From: an uncultured Clostridia bacterium
Lineage (GTDB): Bacteria; Bacillota; Clostridia; Christensenellales; UBA1242
Reading direction: 5' to 3'
DNA: 64,000 nucleotides
Assembly (NCBI GenBank): GCA_937893125.1
Contig: CALBHW010000038.1
Location: 1,247 to 65,246, forward strand
Below the pieces are notes generated by a model. That model saw nothing but the letters and a program-made list of their open reading frames with translations, did no database searches and was not told where the DNA came from. Both the position numbers and the translations under genes were made by a program. Shown piece by piece: positions 10,417 to 19,538 of the stretch (position 1 is its first letter; every line of letters begins with the position of its first letter).

Positions 10417-10723
10417 AGTGTAAAGCTCCTAATATTTTTTTAACTTTTTCATTATAAAGATTTTAAGCCTATTTGTAAACTTTTTTTGATTAGATTTTAT
10501 GAAATTTTCATATTTTCTTAGTTTTTCGACCGCTTGGACTATGGATAAAAAGCGAAAAGTAGCGTGGTACGGTCTGTCTTACGACGAGAAAGTCCGAAAA
10601 ATGGGACTCGCGGGTCAGTGTTGGCGCGTTAAAAAAGTTTTTTAAAAAAAATAAAAAATGTTTTAAAAAAAAGTAGATAAGAGGGCACAAAAGTTGTATA
10701 ATAATTTTGTAAGGAAGTAAAAA

Positions 10724-12136
10724 ATGAGAAAAACAAAAATTGTATGCACAATTGGTCCTTCGACCAATAGTTTTGAAAAAATTGTCGAACTTTTAAGGGC
10801 GGGAATGAACGTCGCGCGCCTTAATATGAGCCACGGCGATTTGACGAGTCACCAAGAGACTTTAAACCTTGTCAAACGTGCAAGAGAATATATGAAGTTG
10901 CCTTGCGCAATTATGGTCGATACTTGCGGACCTGAACTTCGTATAGGGACGTTTAAAGATCACCGTGTCGAACTTAAAAAAGGAGACAAATTTATTTTTA
11001 CAGTCGAAGATGTTGTGGGGGATAGCGGGGTTGTGTCTTGTCCATATCCAGCACTTTTAAAAGTTTTGAAGGTTAACCAAAAAATTTACGCAAACAACGG
11101 GCTACTCGAATTTGTGGTAAAGGAAATCACAAAAAGAGAGTTTATTTGTCGCGTGAGTGTGGGCGGGGTTTTAAGCGACCACAAGAGTATTTCCATTCCG
11201 CACATCCGCTTGCCACTTCCTTATGTGAGCGAAAAGGATGATAAGAATATTGAGTTTGCGGTGAGAAACGATGTCGAATACATTTCCGCGTCTTTTGTAA
11301 GTAACAAATCTGACCTTGACGCGCTTAAACGAACCATTAAAAAGTACGGCGGGCGCCAAGAAATTATTGCAAAAATTGAAAGTTTGGAAGGGATAAATAA
11401 CCTTGACACTATAATTGACGCGTGCGACGGAATTATGGTCGCGCGTGGGGATATGGGGACGGAAATAGCGATTGAGCAAATTCCAGCCGTTCAAAAAAAT
11501 ATGATTGCGCACTGCATAGCGCACGCAAAAAAGGTTATTGTCGCGACCGAAATGCTAGAAAGTATGACAACTCAAAGGCGTCCAACTAGAGCGGAAACGA
11601 CTGATGTCGCGCAAGCAATTTACGACAAATCGGGCGCAACTATGTTGTCGGGCGAAACGGCAAGCGGGTGCTATCCAATTGAAAGTTGCGACACTATGGC
11701 TAAAATTGCCTTAGCAACCGAAAAAATGGTCAGTTACGACGACGAGTTTTTGTGTAACTACACAAGCGTAAACAAGAGTTTATCCGCAATTGCATATTCT
11801 GCGTGCGCGTCATCTCGTGCGGTTGGTGCAAAGGCTATTTTGTGCTTTTCGGACAAAGGGAAAACTGCGGACGCTATCTCGCGTTTTAGACCAAAAGCGG
11901 ATATTGTGGCTGTGACGCACGATAGTTATACTTTTAATAGACTCGCGCTTACATGGGGCGTGACACCAGTTTTGGCAAACGAGCAAAAGACACAAGAGGA
12001 AATGCTCGCTCTCGCGTCGACTGTCGCAAAAAATCTTAAACTTGCAAAGACGGGCGACAAAATCATTGTGACGCTTGGACTTCCAATAGCGCTAAAAGGC
12101 ACAACAAACGCTATTCACATTTTGGAAGTGGAGTAG
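10724..12136 (+). CDS. pyk: Pyruvate kinase
   Basis: 470 aa. MRKTKIVCTIGPS, NVARLNMSHG, MVARGDMG.EI, ATEMLESM....RPTRAE..DVA.A. Confidence 0.95.
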   Translation: MRKTKIVCTIGPSTNSFEKIVELLRAGMNVARLNMSHGDLTSHQETLNLVKRAREYMKLPCAIMVDTCGPELRIGTFKDHRVELKKGDKFIFTVEDVVGDSGVVSCPYPALLKVLKVNQKIYANNGLLEFVVKEITKREFICRVSVGGVLSDHKSISIPHIRLPLPYVSEKDDKNIEFAVRNDVEYISASFVSNKSDLDALKRTIKKYGGRQEIIAKIESLEGINNLDTIIDACDGIMVARGDMGTEIAIEQIPAVQKNMIAHCIAHAKKVIVATEMLESMTTQRRPTRAETTDVAQAIYDKSGATMLSGETASGCYPIESCDTMAKIALATEKMVSYDDEFLCNYTSVNKSLSAIAYSACASSRAVGAKAILCFSDKGKTADAISRFRPKADIVAVTHDSYTFNRLALTWGVTPVLANEQKTQEEMLALASTVAKNLKLAKTGDKIIVTLGLPIALKGTTNAIHILEVE

Positions 12137-12397
12137 TTTAAAGGATAAAAAGTTTTTGTTGGAGTGGTGTAAAAAAGTCAAAAAGTTTAGTTTTAAAAAA
12201 TATAAAGCGTGTGGTTATAGTAAATTTCGGCGTCCGAAAACTTTATAGAGTTTGATGTTTGGTTATAAGAAATTTTTAGAATATGTTTTTGTTTGTTTCG
12301 TGAAAGTAACAGGCAGAGTGCGATTGTTGTTTTAGTTAAACTATTATATATGTCTCTCAACTTTTTAAAATCAAATTTTTTCTATGTCACATAATTG

Positions 12398-12426
12398 TTG
12401 ACTTTTTTATGATGCTGTAATATACT
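12398..12426 (+). promoter_or_regulatory. Sigma-A type promoter
   Basis: TTGACT (12398-12403), 17-nt spacer, TATACT (12421-12426). Confidence 0.6.
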
Positions 12427-12473
12427 AGATATAGATGTGCGTGCGGGGAAACACGGACGCAAAAGGAGTTAAA

Positions 12474-13271
12474 ATGATTCATTGGAGTGCTATTTTTATT
12501 TTTTTAGTTTTGGGACTACTTGGGCTTTGGGTCGCTTTTAGTTTTCTTAACAAAAACGGGCTTATTTTGTTCTCAGTCATAGCCGTTGCCCTTACATATA
12601 TATTGTCGGGAGTGCTTTTCTTCGGCAATTATGTTGTTATGATGTCGGCGGTCCTTATGCCACTTGTCTATTTTTCGCTCATTGTTATGTACGAAAAATA
12701 TAGCAAAGATGACGCAAAGAAAATGTTTTTCTGCCTACTTGCAACCTTTGGGGTGTTTTTCCTAAGCAAGTTCTTGCTATGCGCCTATGCTGATTCTGCA
12801 TATGGTAGCGGTGTTTTCCTTACTTGGGGTGAACTTGGAATGAATATTTGTCAAATCATTTCGTTTGCGCTTATCGGATTTCTTGGCAACCTTTTCGTCG
12901 ACAAATTCCCAATCAATAAGGAATACAAATATTTAAGACGTGCCGTCGTCGTTACAATCGCTGGCACAATGGACGCATTTCTAATTTGTTTCTTAGGCTA
13001 CATTGGAAATTTAAGTTTTGTTGCAATGCTTGTTTCGTTCTTGTTGAGTCTAGTCTTTGTTGCAGGTTCAGCGTTCTCGGTCTCCTTCCTTAGAAAATAT
13101 CTAAATCGTGAACCAGTCGCGCAAAAAAAAGAAAACGACAAAAAAGAAGAATACGCCGAGGTTGTCGAAGTAAATGTGGAAGAAGAGACAAGTGAACCTT
13201 TAAACGAAGAGGTTGACGAACAAATTGAAGAGCCACAAGACGACGAAAAGAGCAAGAAGAAAAGAAAGTAA
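12474..13271 (+). CDS. Polytopic membrane protein, possibly VUT/YhhQ-like (queuosine-precursor transporter family), with acidic C-terminal tail
   Basis: ATG at 12474 after AAGGAG. About 6 TM segments. PLVYFSLIVMYEKYSKDDAKKM and LRRAVVVTIAGTMDAFLICFLGYIG loosely resemble conserved VUT blocks. The family assignment is tentative. Confidence 0.4.
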   Translation: MIHWSAIFIFLVLGLLGLWVAFSFLNKNGLILFSVIAVALTYILSGVLFFGNYVVMMSAVLMPLVYFSLIVMYEKYSKDDAKKMFFCLLATFGVFFLSKFLLCAYADSAYGSGVFLTWGELGMNICQIISFALIGFLGNLFVDKFPINKEYKYLRRAVVVTIAGTMDAFLICFLGYIGNLSFVAMLVSFLLSLVFVAGSAFSVSFLRKYLNREPVAQKKENDKKEEYAEVVEVNVEEETSEPLNEEVDEQIEEPQDDEKSKKKRK

Positions 13272-13486
13272 TCGCGCTATAAATTTGAATAAGTTGTGAT
13301 TAGTTTGAACTGTCAAAAATCGCGAAAAGTTTGATTGTTTAAAAATTGGCTTTTTGGCAGAATTTGAGAAAAAAAAGTCAAAAATTGTCGAAAAAAGTCA
13401 AGAATCAATAAAATTGTCGAAATAAGACAAAAAATGTCGAAAAATTAAAAAGTTGCGCAAAAAAATAAAAATTTTGTAAAAACTAC

Positions 13487-13515
13487 TTGATTATTTTACT
13501 TTTGGAGTGTATAAT
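13487..13515 (+). promoter_or_regulatory. Sigma-A type promoter for tRNA-Val
   Basis: TTGATT (13487-13492), 17-nt spacer, TATAAT (13510-13515), 21 nt before the tRNA 5' end. Confidence 0.7.
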
Positions 13516-13536
13516 GGAAACATTCCAAAAGTTAAT

Positions 13537-13612
13537 GGGCAATTAACTCAGTTGGTAGAGTGTCACTTTGACGTAGTGGAAGTCAGGAGTTCGAGTCTCT
13601 TATTGCCCACCA
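13537..13612 (+). tRNA. tRNA-Val (anticodon GAC), CCA encoded
   Basis: Manual cloverleaf: acceptor GGGCAAT/ATTGCCC; D arm ACTC-AGTTGGTA-GAGT; anticodon arm TCACT-TTGACGT-AGTGG; T arm AGGAG-TTCGAGT-CTCTT; discriminator A plus CCA. Confidence 0.9.
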
Positions 13613-13616
13613 TATT

Positions 13617-13648
13617 AAAAGGTCTTTCTATTTTGAAAGACTTTTTTT
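13617..13648 (+). terminator. Rho-independent terminator after tRNA-Val
   Basis: gtctttc/gaaagac stem followed by ttttttt. Confidence 0.8.
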
Positions 13649-14029
13649 GTTTATAATGATATTTTCTTAAACGAATGATATTACTAGCGTAGTGATATTT
13701 TTGCTATTGGAAAAGCGAAGGTTTTACTTCCTAGAATAAAAACGAAAAACAGTAAAATTTGAGTGCGAAAAATTGAAAAAAAATTAGAAAGGCTTTTTTT
13801 GTTTTATAAATAATTTTAGTGTGACTTTTTATAGTAATGTTTTCAACATACAACGCTTTTAGTGCTTGATAAGTGTGAAATTGTCAAGAAAAAAGCGGAA
13901 AGCGGTTTCTAATATGCAACACTTTTAGTGCTTGTTAAGTGTCATATTGTGATATTTCTTTGTTTCGGTTTTTAATTATATAACGAAAAATCCTTTACAT
14001 TTTAATGCAAAATAGATTAAAATATTTAT

Positions 14030-14530
14030 ATGAAAGAAAAAAGATTGATTGATAGGGTAATTACAAAATCATTTGTGACCGCACTTATTTTAAGTGTCGG
14101 GTTTGTGGCGGGGATTCCAGCCATAATTTTTGGTGCGTCAAATGGAATGACTTGGCTTTTGATTTTAGGGATAATAGCTTGTGTTTTTGGCTTTTATGGC
14201 TCTCCTATGGCGTGGGTTATGTTTGGTGAAAAGAAGAAAGCATTACGCGTTGTTGATTGTGTTACAAAAGAACATATTTTGACGGTCAAAGAAATCGCAA
14301 TGCAATTACAGTGGAACGAAAAGGAAGTTAAAGAAATTGTCCAAAAATCAATTGTTAATAATTACATCGACGGCTACATATTTGACGGCGAAAATTTGAC
14401 GCTAAACCAAAAGAAAGCCCCAAAGCGCGAGCGTATTCAAAACAAATGTTCCGCTTGTGGCGCAACACTCACCAAAACGGACACTGGATACTATTGCCCA
14501 TATTGTGGCACTACTTTTGAAGAAAAGTAG
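14030..14530 (+). CDS. Membrane protein with C-terminal zinc-ribbon
   Basis: 166 aa. Two TM helices, then a soluble domain ending in CSACG...(12)...CPYCG. Confidence 0.6.
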   Translation: MKEKRLIDRVITKSFVTALILSVGFVAGIPAIIFGASNGMTWLLILGIIACVFGFYGSPMAWVMFGEKKKALRVVDCVTKEHILTVKEIAMQLQWNEKEVKEIVQKSIVNNYIDGYIFDGENLTLNQKKAPKRERIQNKCSACGATLTKTDTGYYCPYCGTTFEEK

Positions 14531-14540
14531 AAAAATAAAA

Positions 14541-14590
14541 AAGAGTGATACTTACATAAATTAGTAAAAAAAGTATGACTCTTTTTTTTG
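14541..14590 (+). terminator. Rho-independent terminator
   Basis: aagagtgatactt ... aagtatgactctt long stem (one mismatch) followed by a T-run. Confidence 0.7.
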
Positions 14591-14810
14591 TTAACAAAAC
14601 CTTTTAATGGCAAGGCAGTAGATGTTAGGTTTTTGTGAGCGGGCGTTATGTTAGTAAACAAGTAGAAAAGATTATTGAAAAGCTAGTTTAATTTGGTTTT
14701 TACATATTTATATAGGATATTTTTCCATATAGGCTTAAAACGAAATCCTTTATGTGCGATTTTATTTTGATATTATTTTATTATATGATATATTTTTAAT
14801 CGGAGGAAGT

Positions 14811-15923
14811 ATGCTAAAAGGCAAAAAAATTGTTGTTGTTGCGACAACCGATAATATGATTTGGCAGTTTTTAATTCCGCATATAAAACACTTGAAAGAA
14901 ATGGGGAATGATGTCGAAATTGTTTGTGCCAAAACGGGTTTTTGGTTTGACGAACTAAGAGATAAATATAACTTTGTTGTGCATAACATAGAGTTTACGA
15001 GAAACCCTATTTCGCTAAAAAATTTGAAAGGTTTTAAAAAACTTGTCAAACTCCAAAAAGAAAAACATTATGACCTTGTCTATTGCCAACAACCAGTCGG
15101 CGGGGTTATGGGGCGTAAACTTGCAAAAAAATTCAAACTTCCTTGCATTTACACTGCGCACGGCTTTCACTTTTTCCGTGGATGCCCACTTGTTAACAAA
15201 TTGGTGTATAAGCCGATAGAAAAGCATTATTCGCGCTATACCACGGCTCTAATTACAATCAACGAAGAAGATTATCTTTCCGCCCAAAAATTTCACGCAA
15301 AAAAGGCTTACAAAATTAACGGAATTGGCTTTGACAATAGTAAGTATACTAACCCTATTGTAGGGAAGTCTCAAATGAGAAAAAATTTAGGGCTTAAAGA
15401 TTCCGATTTTGTTATTTGCACGGTGGCTGAGTTTATTAAAAGAAAAAACTATGAGACAGTCATTGAGACATTGTCAAAGTTGGATGACAAGTTTAAACTT
15501 GTTTGCTGTGGTCGTGGTGTTTTATTGAACAAAATAAAAATCAAAGCCGAAAAATTGGGATTGAATGATAGAATTTTGTTTTTAGGTTTTAGAAACGATG
15601 TCAATAATATAATGATGATGTCCGATGCCTTTTTCTTGCCGTCTTATCAAGAAGGTTTAACACTTTCTATTATAGAAGCTCTTAATTTTGGTTTACCTAT
15701 CGTAACAAGCAATGTTCGTGGTAATAGAGATTTGGTAAAAGATGGTGTAGGTGGCTTTATTTGCGAACCAGACGATTCGTCATCTTTTGCTGAACGAATT
15801 AGTCGTTTGTCTAATTCAAAAGAATTAAGCGAATCTTTTGGCGCTCACAACAAAGCTGAAAGTGTAAAATATTCTATTGAGAATGTGATTAAAGAGTTAG
15901 ATGAAATTTATGGGGGGATATAA
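14811..15923 (+). CDS. Glycosyltransferase family 4 (GT-B, Glycos_transf_1 type)
   Basis: ATG at 14811 after ggaggaagt. C-terminal EGLTLSIIEALNFGLPIVTSNVRGNRDLVKDGVGGF is the E-x7-E GT4 signature. Confidence 0.85.
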   Translation: MLKGKKIVVVATTDNMIWQFLIPHIKHLKEMGNDVEIVCAKTGFWFDELRDKYNFVVHNIEFTRNPISLKNLKGFKKLVKLQKEKHYDLVYCQQPVGGVMGRKLAKKFKLPCIYTAHGFHFFRGCPLVNKLVYKPIEKHYSRYTTALITINEEDYLSAQKFHAKKAYKINGIGFDNSKYTNPIVGKSQMRKNLGLKDSDFVICTVAEFIKRKNYETVIETLSKLDDKFKLVCCGRGVLLNKIKIKAEKLGLNDRILFLGFRNDVNNIMMMSDAFFLPSYQEGLTLSIIEALNFGLPIVTSNVRGNRDLVKDGVGGFICEPDDSSSFAERISRLSNSKELSESFGAHNKAESVKYSIENVIKELDEIYGGI

Positions 15924-15953
15924 ATTTAAGGGGATATAGGATAAGGAAGAGCA

Positions 15954-16988
15954 ATGAAAGGAAGAGAAAAATTAAAAGATATTTTAAGCAAACAAAATAT
16001 TTTATATATTATCTTTTTTGTTGCTCTTTTTATTTTTATGGCTTTTAGGGCTGTAAATGTTGGAACCGACAATGCAACATATCAAAAAATCTATTATAAA
16101 ATTGCTTCTGGTGAAATTACATTGTTTAGTGAAATAGAGTTCCTTTTTTCCCTTTTATGTCTTATATTTAGTAAACTTGGTTTTAGTTATTTGGCTTTTC
16201 AAATAGTTGTTTCAATTTTTATATTGACTATTTTTTTTGTTGTGATAAGCAAGTTGTCTTTAAATAAAAACTATTCCATTTTTTTGTTTGTAGTTACAGG
16301 AGTTTATTTCTTTTCTTTTAACGCCATCAGACAGTCAATGTCTATTTGTTTTGTCTTGCTTGGAATTTTACTTTATTTAAAGAAAAATAAAATGACATAC
16401 TACTTTTTATTTGTTTTTATTGCTTGTTTGTTCCATAAGAGTGCAATTTTAATGATTCCATGTATACTGTTATTTAAAAGGGAAATGAAATTAGAAACTA
16501 TACTTTTTACATTTAGCATAACCTTTTTAATTATGTTAAACGCAAAATCAATTTGTATTTTTCTATCAAATAACTTTAGCATATCCTATATAGACAAATA
16601 TATAAGCACAAATTTTTTTGAACAAGAACTAGAAACTCGTTCGATGTGTTTGACTCTTTTTTACTATGTTTTTTTTATATTTATAACATATTTAAAAGAA
16701 AAGAAACTGATAAAAATTGAAAATTGGACATATAATTTTTTTATTTTATTTGTTTTGGCTAGGTCTTGTTCGTTGTTTGGAGTTTTCCCATATTTATTCT
16801 TGCGGGTCGCAGATTTGTTTAATTGGGCTCTTATTTTTTTAATTCCGCAAATTTTATATTCCATAGAAAAGCCTTTATACAAAAAACTCTTTTTTGTCGT
16901 TATAACACTTGGTTTCATAGTTTTATTTGTCTTGCAATATATAGTTGCGCAAAATTCGAATATTTTTCCTTATTCATTCGCTTTTTAG
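15954..16988 (+). CDS. EpsG-family polysaccharide polymerase-like membrane protein
   Basis: 344 aa, about 10 TM segments. The NAIRQSMSICF block resembles the EpsG family. Sits between two glycosyltransferase genes. Confidence 0.65.
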   Translation: MKGREKLKDILSKQNILYIIFFVALFIFMAFRAVNVGTDNATYQKIYYKIASGEITLFSEIEFLFSLLCLIFSKLGFSYLAFQIVVSIFILTIFFVVISKLSLNKNYSIFLFVVTGVYFFSFNAIRQSMSICFVLLGILLYLKKNKMTYYFLFVFIACLFHKSAILMIPCILLFKREMKLETILFTFSITFLIMLNAKSICIFLSNNFSISYIDKYISTNFFEQELETRSMCLTLFYYVFFIFITYLKEKKLIKIENWTYNFFILFVLARSCSLFGVFPYLFLRVADLFNWALIFLIPQILYSIEKPLYKKLFFVVITLGFIVLFVLQYIVAQNSNIFPYSFAF

Positions 16989-17005
16989 TTAGGGGGGGGT
17001 AAAAA

Positions 17006-17932
17006 ATGAAATTATCAATAATTGTTCCTATATATAATGTAGAAAAATATATATCCAAAAGTCTTGAAAGTATTAAAAAGTATACCCCAAAGGATTGTGA
17101 AATTCTTTTGATAGATGATGGCACTACTGATGAAAGTGGAAAAATTGCAAAAGAATTTGAATCGCTAGATAACAGATTTAAATATTATCACAAAGAAAAC
17201 GGCGGTTTATCAGATGCAAGAAATTTTGGAATAAAAAAAGCCACAGGGGATTTTGTTTGTTTTTTTGATTCGGACGATTTAATAGATGAAAATTTTTTGC
17301 TTGCGATAGAAAATATGGATACCGACGCCGATGTGAACTGGTATGGATATACGGCTTTTTATTTGAAAAATACAAAAAAAATAGAATTAGAAGACGACTG
17401 TTTTTCTGGCGGAGAAATTTTTAAGGCTCTTGAAATCTCTACAAGAAAAAATAGTGCGTGCACTAAAATTTTTAAAAAGAGTTTTATAACAAATAATAAC
17501 CTTTATTTTAATTCTGGTTTTGCGGAAGATTTTAATATGACTGGAAGAATGATGTTGTATGCAAAAAAAATACACACACATAATTTATCCTATTATTTAT
17601 ATGTTGCTGAGCGCGAAGGGTCAATAATGAATGTGTATAAAAAACGAAGATTTTTTGAAATTATCGACCAAGCAAGAAATCTCTATTTAGAAATGCAACA
17701 AGTTAAAACGAACAGAAAACTAAAAAAACGCATATGTCAATATATTGGATTTAATATTTTATCTAATTATAGGTTTGTAAAATTTTTAAACAAGGATGAG
17801 CGGGAAGAATGCTTTAAATATTTGGAAAAAAACAAATATTTAGTGAAAACGCAAAAAAGATTTGTGTTAAAAATGGTCGTATTGTTTGGACGCATTTTTG
17901 GTTTTAAAAATACTTTCAAGTTTGTGAAATAA
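17006..17932 (+). CDS. Glycosyltransferase family 2
   Basis: MKLSIIVPIYNVEKYI...LIDDGTTDESG...NGGLSDARNFG...FFDSDD. Confidence 0.9.
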   Translation: MKLSIIVPIYNVEKYISKSLESIKKYTPKDCEILLIDDGTTDESGKIAKEFESLDNRFKYYHKENGGLSDARNFGIKKATGDFVCFFDSDDLIDENFLLAIENMDTDADVNWYGYTAFYLKNTKKIELEDDCFSGGEIFKALEISTRKNSACTKIFKKSFITNNNLYFNSGFAEDFNMTGRMMLYAKKIHTHNLSYYLYVAEREGSIMNVYKKRRFFEIIDQARNLYLEMQQVKTNRKLKKRICQYIGFNILSNYRFVKFLNKDEREECFKYLEKNKYLVKTQKRFVLKMVVLFGRIFGFKNTFKFVK

Positions 17933-18075
17933 CTTCTAATTTCATAATATTTTTGTAAAATTCATTTTTTTGCAAATTAAAATGGCTTTTTTTTGTTTAA
18001 ATGTCCAAAAATTTAGTGGGGGTTGAAAAGTTAGGGAAGGTGTGTTAGAATAGAGACATAAAGGGAAGAATTTTT

Positions 18076-19245
18076 ATGTTATTAAAAGTTAAAGTTGACA
18101 AAAACGCGCCTATTGAAGAACAAAATCGCGTTAAAGATTTGATTGAAGCAATGGAAAATGATAAGGGGCACAAACTGGAAACTCTTATGCTCACTTATTA
18201 CACAATTATTGATTGCGACTATAAAATGGACGATGTAAAGGAAACAAAGTATCATAAAATGACATTTAGAGATGTTATTAAGAGATTTGACGACCCAAAT
18301 TTTTACAAGTTGCCAAAAAATGAAATTGTATCACTTTGCAGTGAAGTTAATCAAAAAATTGCTCAAAAGTTGAAGATTGCGCCAAGTGTAATCACTTATA
18401 AAAGACCACTAATCAATAGAGACAGAACTCAAATGCTATGTTTTTCAAGAAAAAATGAGATAGCGATTTTGCCTACCCCACGAAAAGACGCTTTGCACGG
18501 ATACGGCTATTTGTTTAATATTTTGCACGAGACCTACCATTCCTATCAATTTCAGCAACTTGATAAAATGCGCAAGGGCTTGCCTTTTGACTGTGCGTGC
18601 CTAATTGGAAGAGTGCAAAATCGTGTAAACGAAATTAAATTGTATAATAGCAAAAAGAATTTGACACGAAACGAAATCAAAAGTTTAGACCAAGAGATAT
18701 ATTGTGTTGACCTTTTAGAAACAGAAGCAAATCTTTTTGCGCATAAAATGCTAAATAAGTTGTACGAAAAGAAGTACATTACAAACGAAATGGCATACAA
18801 TTATAACAACTCAACCAGCGAGTCGTTTTTGAAATTTCAAGTCTATTTTAGAGATGACGATTTTGAAAGGCTGAAACACGATGTCAAAAAGAATTTTAGA
18901 GAGTTATCCTACTCGGCAAAAGCATATGGGAAGTATTTTGATGTAAATTCAAATTTCAATATGTGTAGTATATTAAACCTTGCGTCTCAAGAAAATATTG
19001 ATTATTATTTAGACTCACTATATTCTGATATTTCAAAAATTAGGATAAACAATAGAGAAAAAACAAAAATATTGGAAAATTTAAGCGAGCGCAGTTTTTA
19101 TGACTTTAACAAACGCGCAGGCGAAAACAAATTAAGGGTGGAGAACCTACCTTTTGAAGAAATTAAAGGGAAATATTATCTTTATAGCGAGAAAAATATG
19201 AATTTGCCTAGCGGAAAAGTGTTTGAAGAAGAAGTGGAAAAATAA
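18076..19245 (+). CDS. Hypothetical protein with HExxH motif (possible zinc metallopeptidase-like)
   Basis: 389 aa, no signal peptide or TM. LFNILHETYHSYQF contains HETYH. No other family motif recognised. Confidence 0.4.
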   Translation: MLLKVKVDKNAPIEEQNRVKDLIEAMENDKGHKLETLMLTYYTIIDCDYKMDDVKETKYHKMTFRDVIKRFDDPNFYKLPKNEIVSLCSEVNQKIAQKLKIAPSVITYKRPLINRDRTQMLCFSRKNEIAILPTPRKDALHGYGYLFNILHETYHSYQFQQLDKMRKGLPFDCACLIGRVQNRVNEIKLYNSKKNLTRNEIKSLDQEIYCVDLLETEANLFAHKMLNKLYEKKYITNEMAYNYNNSTSESFLKFQVYFRDDDFERLKHDVKKNFRELSYSAKAYGKYFDVNSNFNMCSILNLASQENIDYYLDSLYSDISKIRINNREKTKILENLSERSFYDFNKRAGENKLRVENLPFEEIKGKYYLYSEKNMNLPSGKVFEEEVEK

Positions 19246-19538
19246 CGAAAAAGCGATACAATTTGTAACTTGTAGAGTTATTAAATGTATCGTTTTTTTA
19301 TTTTTGTAAAAACATTTTGTGTTGTTTTAGAAATTATTTATATTTTTAGTAAGATTGGATAGCACTAAATAGTGCTTTTTTAAAAAAGCTTTTAAATTTT
19401 TTATAAACCTTGATATTCAAATTAAAAACAAAAAAACACATAAATTGATTTTAATTTTAAGTTGTGCAAGGTTAATTGTTTTTTCGCTATCTTTTTGTAG
19501 TTATTTTACAATATTTATATGACAAATTTATTAAGACT

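Noticed and set aside
12437-12468. Riboswitch (preQ1 or guanidine-II type) in the short GC-rich 5' UTR hairpin of the VUT-like transporter gene.
   Set aside because: A 7-bp interrupted hairpin (GUGCGUG..CACGGACGC) precedes a free AAGGAG. Its loop cannot pair with the SD or tail, it lacks the conserved preQ1-I nucleotides, and there is only one ACG-containing hairpin. It could be a simple 5' stabiliser. The VUT assignment is itself tentative.
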